12,372 bases of DNA, taken from NCBI GenBank assembly GCA_048941285.1, contig JBHLNS010000065.1, forward strand, positions 1-12,372, given 5' to 3'. A program made the position numbers and the translations under genes. The notes beneath the pieces are model-generated. The model was not told the DNA's origin. It made no database searches and saw only the letters and a program-made list of their open reading frames with translations. The DNA comes from Promethearchaeota archaeon. Its GTDB lineage: Archaea > Asgardarchaeota > Lokiarchaeia > Sigyniarchaeales > SOKP01. Positions 5,855 through 12,372 of this stretch are shown here, one piece after another. Each line of letters opens with the position of its first letter. Within the stretch, counting starts at the first letter, position 1.

Positions 5855-8374
5855 GTGAATTTTATGAGTCGAACTCAAGAAATTAATTATCCACCTGAAG
5901 AAATCTTCAGAGAAATAGGGATTGAGCGCCCAAATATTGAGCATGTTATACTCTGGATGCTCCAGAATAATGATGTTGTTGAATGGTCTAATTTTAAAGA
6001 AGAACCAGTAAGTATTCCACAATCTACCTTGTCTTATTATTTAAAGTCTTTAATGCTTGAAGATTATGTTGAGAAGGTAGAAAGAGGTGTATATAAAATT
6101 ACCTCTAAAGGTGCGGAGAGGTATAATCAATTATCTAGAGCAAAGGAAGGCGAGAGAAAATTAAATTACCCTCCAGATGCTATAACAAATGAGAGAAATT
6201 ATGACCATTGGATTCTTTGGATGGTATATAATAATACATTTTGTAAATGGTCGGATTTTATTGATGATCCACTCAGGATAAATCAATCTAGTCTATCTAA
6301 AAATCTTAACGAACTTCAAAATAGAGAAATAATTCGAAAAGAGAATAAGGAATATAGAATTACTCAAAAAGGAAAATCCGAATATTCCAGGATGTTAAAA
6401 TTATATGATTTAGATAGACAATCTATCTTAAACGAAGAAAGTAAGAGAATTGAAGAAATAACAAAAAAGACTATTTCATTCTTTGAGAAATATAAAATTG
6501 AAGATGGGGATATTAAATTTCGATTTTTGAATAATGTATTAAAATTACCTTTTTCGAATCTAAAGGGGTCAATAGACTCAGAAGAAGAATTTAACAAGGT
6601 ATTGTTGTATCTCTCAATGAATCATCCAAATCAATATCCATTCTACATTTCACCTGAAGAATTTTCAAAAGAATATAGAATAAACTTATTGGATCTCAAA
6701 TTTAATATTCGTCAAATAGTTGATAAGGATATATATAGAGCTAAATTTTTTCAATTGAAAACCTCAGACGATAAAATCTATTATTTTCAAGCAAATGAGA
6801 AGTTAGAGAAAGTTTTAAGTGCGATCACTGAGGATCACATCACAAAATTTACCTATTTAAATAAATTATATCGGAACAGCCCAAGTGTGAGTAGCCCATT
6901 AAGTTTAAACTACACCGTGGCTGCTATTTTAGAGGAAATCTGCGATAATTTATTTAATCACGAATTAAAAGAAGCATTAAAAAACTTTTTACCAGAATAT
7001 ATTAACTATTTAGCATATAAAATAGAAACTGAAAGAAAATTAATCGATACAATAGATAAATTAGAAGGTGTTGCGTGGAGAAATATTCCCGATGTTTTTC
7101 AATCTATTAGTACGCAAGCGGAAATCACTAAACGTCCCGAGCATATGTATTACATAGACTTTTCGATATTAAAAACACTCCCACTTTTTTCGTCCCCAAA
7201 AATTATGAAAATATTTGAGGATGCTAAACATTCGATTAAGAGAAATAAATCTGATGATATTTTAAATAAGTTATTTAGTGAAATTGAAACTGAATTAGAA
7301 GAGGAACACGAACATTTCTTTAAGGCAGTAATATTAGCAGTATTGAATAGATATCAAGAAGCTATTGATTTATTAAATGATGAAATTAGACCTCTTCTTA
7401 ATGAAAAAGACGATAATTTTACAATTTCTTATTATTTAATCTTAATTTATTGTTATCTAACAATTGGGAATTTTGATAAGGCAATACTCGCAAGTAAAAC
7501 ATTAAGGGCTAAATATCAAGATCATCCTTTATCTTACTTAAGTAAAGCATTAATTTCTGGTTATAAGATAATATATGAATTAGGGATCGATGATAGGGGA
7601 ATAGACCAAGTTTTACTTGATATTGATGAAGCAATTTCATTAGATCCAGATAAAAAGAACAAAGTGAAATATTTTCAATTTAAAAGTCTTGTTTTGAGAC
7701 GGTTAAATCAATTTGATGAAGCGCTTGAAGCTATAGACAATGCGATTAAGTTAGAACCTAAAGATTTAAGCTCCCTTTTTTATAAATCGAAAATTTACGT
7801 TCATAATGAAGATTTTCAAAGAGCTGCTAAATTACTTGATGACAATCTTGAAGATTTTCCAGAAAAAAAAATCGATCTTCTTGTAAATAAAGCGTTTCTA
7901 CTTAAAAAGATGAATAAATATGACGATGCCCTAAAAATAATTAATGAGCTATGGAAAAAATACCCCGATAATCTTGATCTCCTTAATAGTAAACTTTACT
8001 TTCATTTATATCTAGGGCAAAAAGAAGAAGCGATAGAGAATGGTGAGTTATTAACGAGTCTAGATCCAAACGATGGGAATTATCATGATTCATTTGGAGA
8101 AGTTTTAACTGAGTTTGGAGAATATGAGAGAGCAATTCAAGAAATTCAAAAAGCTTTAGAACTTGAACCATTTGGTTGGTATTCCTATAATTCCTATTTT
8201 CAAATGGCGATATGTTATAAAGAATTAGGAAATTATGATTTAGCAAGAGAAAGCTTGGAGAAAGGGAAAAAAGCTACTGAAACATGTTTTTGTGATATTG
8301 ATATGAGAAAGGAATGGGAAGAGAAGAAACAAAAATTATTAGCTCAAATAACTGAATTAGAAAAAAAGAAGTAA
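5855..8374 (+). CDS. Tandem winged-HTH + TPR-repeat protein (putative regulator/receptor)
   Basis: Two internally duplicated wHTH units (NYPP..H.ILWM..NN...W.F..P..I.QS.LS..L..L....Y.IT.KG) at about 5882..6400, a helical middle region, and multiple C-terminal TPRs ('LNQFDEALEAIDNAIKLEP', 'GEYERAIQEIQKALELEP'). The ATG at 5864 is an alternative start. Confidence 0.9.
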   Translation: MNFMSRTQEINYPPEEIFREIGIERPNIEHVILWMLQNNDVVEWSNFKEEPVSIPQSTLSYYLKSLMLEDYVEKVERGVYKITSKGAERYNQLSRAKEGERKLNYPPDAITNERNYDHWILWMVYNNTFCKWSDFIDDPLRINQSSLSKNLNELQNREIIRKENKEYRITQKGKSEYSRMLKLYDLDRQSILNEESKRIEEITKKTISFFEKYKIEDGDIKFRFLNNVLKLPFSNLKGSIDSEEEFNKVLLYLSMNHPNQYPFYISPEEFSKEYRINLLDLKFNIRQIVDKDIYRAKFFQLKTSDDKIYYFQANEKLEKVLSAITEDHITKFTYLNKLYRNSPSVSSPLSLNYTVAAILEEICDNLFNHELKEALKNFLPEYINYLAYKIETERKLIDTIDKLEGVAWRNIPDVFQSISTQAEITKRPEHMYYIDFSILKTLPLFSSPKIMKIFEDAKHSIKRNKSDDILNKLFSEIETELEEEHEHFFKAVILAVLNRYQEAIDLLNDEIRPLLNEKDDNFTISYYLILIYCYLTIGNFDKAILASKTLRAKYQDHPLSYLSKALISGYKIIYELGIDDRGIDQVLLDIDEAISLDPDKKNKVKYFQFKSLVLRRLNQFDEALEAIDNAIKLEPKDLSSLFYKSKIYVHNEDFQRAAKLLDDNLEDFPEKKIDLLVNKAFLLKKMNKYDDALKIINELWKKYPDNLDLLNSKLYFHLYLGQKEEAIENGELLTSLDPNDGNYHDSFGEVLTEFGEYERAIQEIQKALELEPFGWYSYNSYFQMAICYKELGNYDLARESLEKGKKATETCFCDIDMRKEWEEKKQKLLAQITELEKKK

Positions 8375-8394
8375 TATTTTTTTTAACTTATTTT
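8375..8394 (+). terminator. T-rich archaeal-type terminator candidate
   Basis: TATTTTTTTTAACTTATTTT immediately follows the stop codon. Confidence 0.45.
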
Positions 8395-8420
8395 AATTCT
8401 TTGAGGAGTTATGAATAACA

Positions 8421-8591
8421 ATGTCAAAAAGCCTTAAAAAGTCAAAAAAAAGTAAGCTCCAGGAAGCTATAAGAAAGCAAAAGATCAAACGTGAAAGTGA
8501 CATACTACAAAAGGTTGAGGATTTTAGAAATGCTCCATGTGGATTTGGTTACAGTAATATGATCAAGCGAAGATTCAAGAAGTCCTATTAG
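8421..8591 (+). CDS. Small basic protein, 56 aa (MSKSLKKSKKSKLQEAIRKQKIKRESDILQKVEDFRNAPCGFGYSNMIKRRFKKSY)
   Basis: Read by hand as ATG 8421 to TAG 8591. It fills the gap between two genes on the same strand. GAGGAG lies upstream at 8403..8408. Confidence 0.6.
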   Translation: MSKSLKKSKKSKLQEAIRKQKIKRESDILQKVEDFRNAPCGFGYSNMIKRRFKKSY

Positions 8592-8621
8592 ATATAGAAA
8601 GTTGATAGAGGAATTGAAGAA

Positions 8622-9431
8622 ATGAAAAAAATGATAAATGTTTATAACGAGAATGCAAAAATTAACTTTAAAATTGTTGATGCTGTTACAATATGTTTAA
8701 CTGGCCTTGAAACATTTTTAAAAGATTTAAAAAACAACCTACCGGATTCATTAACTAGAATCATTAATGATTTAAATGTAGAATATGGAAAAAAAGAAGA
8801 TTTTGGAATTCAAATTGATACTAAATATGATTTTCTTAGTGAATATCCTGAATTAATTAAGAGAAGTATAAATGCAATTTTATCTTTTCTGAATTTTAGT
8901 AAATATAGTCAAAAATCTATACATGATGAGATTGAAGTTGAAGTAATAGATATTATACGCACTTTCAACCATTTTGAATATTCTTTTATGACTTTGCTAC
9001 TAAATTTTATGCCTCGTGAAGAAGTAATTGAATATATAAAAAGATTGGCAGATGATGTTGTTCATTCAAGAAAAGATCCAACTCGATATGTTGAGAATTT
9101 TGATGAGCTTATTGATCGTACTCGAGTAAATCTAGAAAGATGGCAAGCACAAGATGTATCCTTTAAAAATCTAAATGATGAAAAATTTATTTATAAAGTA
9201 AAGAAATGTAGATGGGCAGAAACAATGAAAGATCTTGATCACGAGCTTAGCTATTATATAATATGTTATACAGATTTTGAAAATACTAAAAATTTAAATC
9301 CAAATTTCGTTCTTACAAGGTTTAAAACTAAAATGATGGGGGATGAATTCTGTGATTTCTGCACTCATGATACACGGAAGGTTAAAGAGATTATTCATCC
9401 CTCCGACGAAGAATTCTTAGATTTGAATTAA
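8622..9431 (+). CDS. L-2-amino-thiazoline-4-carboxylic acid hydrolase-like (ATC_hydrolase) domain protein
   Basis: C-terminal three-Cys signature 'VKKCRWAE...ICYTDF...NPNFVLTRFKTKMMGDEFCDF'. GAGG RBS. Confidence 0.85.
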   Translation: MKKMINVYNENAKINFKIVDAVTICLTGLETFLKDLKNNLPDSLTRIINDLNVEYGKKEDFGIQIDTKYDFLSEYPELIKRSINAILSFLNFSKYSQKSIHDEIEVEVIDIIRTFNHFEYSFMTLLLNFMPREEVIEYIKRLADDVVHSRKDPTRYVENFDELIDRTRVNLERWQAQDVSFKNLNDEKFIYKVKKCRWAETMKDLDHELSYYIICYTDFENTKNLNPNFVLTRFKTKMMGDEFCDFCTHDTRKVKEIIHPSDEEFLDLN

Positions 9432-9455
9432 ATAATTATTCAGAGGATATTACTA

Positions 9456-10025
9456 ATGAAAGAAATATTATGTTTTATATATGATGGATTTGCAGATTTT
9501 GAAACCGTTCTTACGTGTTCGGGGATAAATGGAGATATTAATTACAAAATAACGTATATAGCATACGATAATAAAGAAGTTTATAGTTCTGGTGGATTAA
9601 TAATTAAACCAGAAAAGAAAATTTCGGAAATTTCTAATATTAAAGATATTGAAGGTTTAATTATACCTGGTGGAGGGACGAGAGTTTTTAAACCAGAACT
9701 GAATAAATTAATTAATAAGTTAAATAAAGAAAAAAAATTACTAGCTGCAATTTGTGCCGGCCCTGAATTTCTTGCTAAAAGCGGTGTATTAAACGGAAAG
9801 AAATACACGACAACTAAAGAACCTCAATCATACGAAGAAATAAATGAGGAAGATCCTTTTCCAAGAGAAACCTATGTAGAGACAAGAGTTATTCAAGACG
9901 ATAACATAATCACTGCAAAAGGATATGCTTTTTCGGATTTTGCTCTGAAAATATGGGATTGGTTTAATTTATATGAAAATGAGCAAGAAAAAGAAGAATT
10001 AAAAAACCAATATACACCGGGTTAA
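9456..10025 (+). CDS. DJ-1/PfpI family protein
   Basis: 'DGFADFE' (catalytic Glu), 'LIIPGG', nucleophile elbow 'AAICAGP', and 'DDNIITAKG'. Confidence 0.95.
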   Translation: MKEILCFIYDGFADFETVLTCSGINGDINYKITYIAYDNKEVYSSGGLIIKPEKKISEISNIKDIEGLIIPGGGTRVFKPELNKLINKLNKEKKLLAAICAGPEFLAKSGVLNGKKYTTTKEPQSYEEINEEDPFPRETYVETRVIQDDNIITAKGYAFSDFALKIWDWFNLYENEQEKEELKNQYTPG

Positions 10026-10042
10026 CATTACATTTTCTAATA

Positions 10043-10798
10043 CTATTCTTTTTTGAATCCTACTTTTATAGTCATTGAGATAGATTCATCGAAAGCTTGA
10101 CCCTCAACTTCACATTTAAAAGGCATCTCTTCAGAAGTAAATAATTCTGTGAAATAACCTAACCAATAAGTACCATACCGTTTATTTTGCCGATGTCTAA
10201 ACAGTAGATGGTATAAATCTTCACTTTCTTTTTTCACATCAATAGTATGAAAATAATTAGCAACAACCCACATCTTTTGAATTGTGCATATGATTTTTTC
10301 CATTGATAAACTTCTAAGTGGTTTAGATTCATTATACCATAATATTAAATCGATTGCTACATTTTTTCGCCAGGGTTTATTCAAAGCCTCTTCTGGAGCT
10401 TCAGCTGCAGCTATTAATTGATTAAATGTAGTTTTACCAATAAGCATCATTTTCATTTCGTCTCTTGCTCGTACCCATAAATCTCTATCTAATGCTTTTT
10501 GATCACCATAATATTTAATTGCACGCTCCATGAAAGATATTCTAGGCTCATCATCATTTTTATATTTATTAATTACAGCGCTGATTTCAGGAGAAATATT
10601 ATTAAAATCGTCATAACATTTAACAGCATTTTTTACTAGATCTGAAATTGTTGTACCTTTTTCTTTATATTTATCGATTAAACCTCTTGTTTCATCACTA
10701 ACTTTCACGTATATTGGTTTATCTTTTGGCTCAGGTTCCTTAATATCTTCCTTTTCATCATTATTTGTTTTGTCATTATCGCTCACCATTGAAACCAT
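10043..10798 (-). CDS. Putative regulator: tandem ribbon-helix-helix-like N-terminus plus alpha/beta C-terminal domain
   Basis: 'IYVKVSDETRGLIDKYKEKGTTISDLVKNAVKCY' fits the RHH pattern, and 'ISPEISAVINKYK...ISFMERAIKYY' looks like a degenerate second copy. GGAG directly abuts ATG 10798, so ATG 10789 is the likelier start. Confidence 0.7.
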   Translation of the reverse strand: MVSMVSDNDKTNNDEKEDIKEPEPKDKPIYVKVSDETRGLIDKYKEKGTTISDLVKNAVKCYDDFNNISPEISAVINKYKNDDEPRISFMERAIKYYGDQKALDRDLWVRARDEMKMMLIGKTTFNQLIAAAEAPEEALNKPWRKNVAIDLILWYNESKPLRSLSMEKIICTIQKMWVVANYFHTIDVKKESEDLYHLLFRHRQNKRYGTYWLGYFTELFTSEEMPFKCEVEGQAFDESISMTIKVGFKKE

Positions 10799-11139
10799 CT
10801 CCGTTATTTTTAAATGACTTTTTTTCGTACCTCAATTTGAATATATATCATTATATTTAAATACTTTAAGTCTATTATTTAAAGGAATCAAGAGTTATAT
10901 AAAGCTCTTTTTTTATGTATATATTTATATATAAGGTAATTTCTTATGTCTGTTTTTCCCATCATAAAAAAAATATATATTTCTATATATATCACTTTTT
11001 TTGAATTTAAAGATTTTAAAGCTGATTCTCTTTGTTGAACAATGAATCATAACATTTAAATATTTCGATATATATGTAGATATAGAGCTTTAATAAAAAT
11101 ACAAAGAAAATATAAAAAAATATAAAGGAGTGAAAAAAT

Positions 11140-11595
11140 TTGGCCTGGGTTCCCATTGTTGTACCAAATAAACATAACAGAAGTTATAGAAATAAAGCAG
11201 GTGGAGGAATATTTGCTGTTGTAATTTTATTATTTATATTTGGACTTTTATTTTTCGTTTTTTTTAATCGCTTTGACGGATTTTCACCACCTATATTTAT
11301 GATGATTAGTGGTTTTGGTGTTTTTTTAATAATTATATTAGTGATTAGTGTTATTGCAGCATCCATGAGTCAAGTATACAAAAAACCTAAATACGAATAT
11401 GAAACTCAAAAGCAAAATCTACAAAGGAATCCTTATAAAATCCAAAATTCGATTATAAGGCAACCGGAATACCAGATAAATAACCAAATTAAACAAGATA
11501 TCCCTGTAATTCAAGAAATTAATTATTGTAGATATTGTGGTTCAAAAATTGATAGAGACGCAGTCTTTTGTCACATGTGTGGAACAAAATTATAA
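11140..11595 (+). CDS. Two-TM membrane protein with C-terminal zinc ribbon
   Basis: Two hydrophobic helices, a Q/N-rich linker and 'YCRYCGSKIDRDAVFCHMCGTKL'. TTG start with a GGAGTGA RBS. Confidence 0.9.
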   Translation: MAWVPIVVPNKHNRSYRNKAGGGIFAVVILLFIFGLLFFVFFNRFDGFSPPIFMMISGFGVFLIIILVISVIAASMSQVYKKPKYEYETQKQNLQRNPYKIQNSIIRQPEYQINNQIKQDIPVIQEINYCRYCGSKIDRDAVFCHMCGTKL

Positions 11596-11643
11596 TGTTA
11601 AATAAAGTCGGGGGCTTTCAGGGAGTTAATCTGTAGAAAAAAA

Positions 11644-11673
11644 AGAGGAGGAAATTTTCATATTTTCTCCTCT
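11644..11673 (+). other. Intergenic stem-loop
   Basis: AGAGGAGGAAAT-tttcat-ATTTTCTCCTCT forms a 12-bp stem with one G-U pair. Confidence 0.5.
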
Positions 11674-11734
11674 CTAACATTGTTATTATTTGATAATAGT
11701 TATAAAAGAAAAAAATAGCAGGAGGAGTAAATAA

Positions 11735-11938
11735 GTGAGTGTTAAGGAAGAATTAACTGAAGAGATTATGATTTACACCGATTCAAAAAGAGTTGAAGAT
11801 AATAATAAAAAGAAGGTTCTTGGAAATCTTAAACGTAAATACAGATTAATATTGATCTACTTGCTATGTTTTTCATTGATACTTTTATTAATGATTCTTC
11901 CTGTAGTTATCATCGCTTTATCGCAAAGCTTAATGTAA
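11735..11938 (+). CDS. Small C-terminally anchored membrane protein
   Basis: GTG start with AGGAGGAG RBS. Charged N-terminus, a basic patch, then a long C-terminal hydrophobic helix. Confidence 0.75.
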   Translation: MSVKEELTEEIMIYTDSKRVEDNNKKKVLGNLKRKYRLILIYLLCFSLILLLMILPVVIIALSQSLM

Positions 11939-11967
11939 TAAATTAAAATTAAACAAAAAGAGAAAAA

Positions 11968-12372
11968 ATGAATATTATGGTAAAGCTTACATATAATAAA
12001 TTTATAAGAACCCAATGGAAAAGAAATAATCTATTTACTCTGAGTTTCTTAGTTATAATTGGCTTTATATTTACTGTTATTGGAATTTTTCTTAAAAATT
12101 TTTATGATTTTTTTTTTAGTATCTGTTTAGGTTTATTTATTGGTGGAATAATAATGTCAGTTATATCCACCGTTCTAGCAGAAATATCAACACATGATCT
12201 TCAAAGTATAGATCACTTAGATCACATAGATCATGCTGATCTTGGATATGTAGATCATATAGATCATGCTGATCTTGGACATGTAGATCATATAGATCAT
12301 GCTGATCTTGGATATGTAGATCATATAGATCATGCTGATCTTGGACATGTAGATCATATAGATCATGCTGAT
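11968..12372 (+). CDS. Membrane protein with His/Asp-rich repeats (NfeD/YqiJ-like candidate), 3'-truncated
   Basis: Absent from the ORF track because it has no stop in the window. Reads MNIMVKLTYNKFIRTQWKRNNLFTLSFLVIIGFIFTVIGIFLKNFYDFFFSICLGLFIGGIIMSVISTVLAEISTHDLQSIDHL-(DHIDHADLG[Y/H]V)n, i.e. two TM helices then the repeat. Confidence 0.8.
   Translation, partial: MNIMVKLTYNKFIRTQWKRNNLFTLSFLVIIGFIFTVIGIFLKNFYDFFFSICLGLFIGGIIMSVISTVLAEISTHDLQSIDHLDHIDHADLGYVDHIDHADLGHVDHIDHADLGYVDHIDHADLGHVDHIDHAD
12220..12372 (+). repeat. 33-bp coding tandem repeat, at least 4.6 copies
   Basis: Unit GATCATATAGATCATGCTGATCTTGGA(T/C)ATGTA starts at 12220, 12253, 12286, 12319 and 12352 (partial). T and C alternate, giving a 66-bp higher-order period. 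Confidence 0.97.

Noticed and set aside
5840-8246. Minus-strand ORFs 5840..6022, 6364..6597 and 7983..8246
   Set aside because: Antisense shadows of the 839-aa gene with no motifs.
10800-11139. AT-rich region with TATATA runs as a replication origin or ncRNA
   Set aside because: No ORB-like repeats, no cdc6/orc1 nearby and no stable structure. It is explained as a divergent promoter region.
9581-11366. Minus-strand ORFs 9581..9808 and 11184..11366
   Set aside because: Antisense shadows of the DJ-1 and zinc-ribbon membrane genes.
12220-12372. 33-bp repeats as a CRISPR array
   Set aside because: The units are head-to-tail with no unique spacers and keep an open coding frame.

Overview
A very AT-rich prokaryotic chromosomal window. 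I infer an Asgard archaeon (Lokiarchaeia/Promethearchaeota-like) from the gene types: large wHTH-TPR proteins, an ATC-hydrolase-like protein, an archaeal-type thioredoxin, a COG3355/TrmB-like regulator, and TTTAAATA TATA boxes with GAGG/GGAG ribosome-binding sites. No marker gene proves this. In order, the window holds: the 3' end of a TPR protein; a radical-SAM-like (COG0731-type) protein lacking its CxxxCxxC motif; a minus-strand run of a TrmB-like regulator, thioredoxin, a wHTH protein, an MFS exporter, a zinc-ribbon protein and several micro-ORFs (two share an exact 22-bp translation-initiation region); a divergent 839-aa tandem-wHTH+TPR protein; an unannotated 56-aa basic protein; ATC-hydrolase-like and DJ-1/PfpI genes; a double-RHH regulator-like protein; two small membrane proteins; and a truncated membrane protein with a 33-bp His/Asp-coding tandem repeat. 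The most intriguing hypothesis, still unproven, is that the HTH-TPR protein, the divergent micropeptide genes and the exporter form an RRNPP-like peptide-sensing module in an archaeon. I saw no rRNA, tRNA, CRISPR array or transposase.
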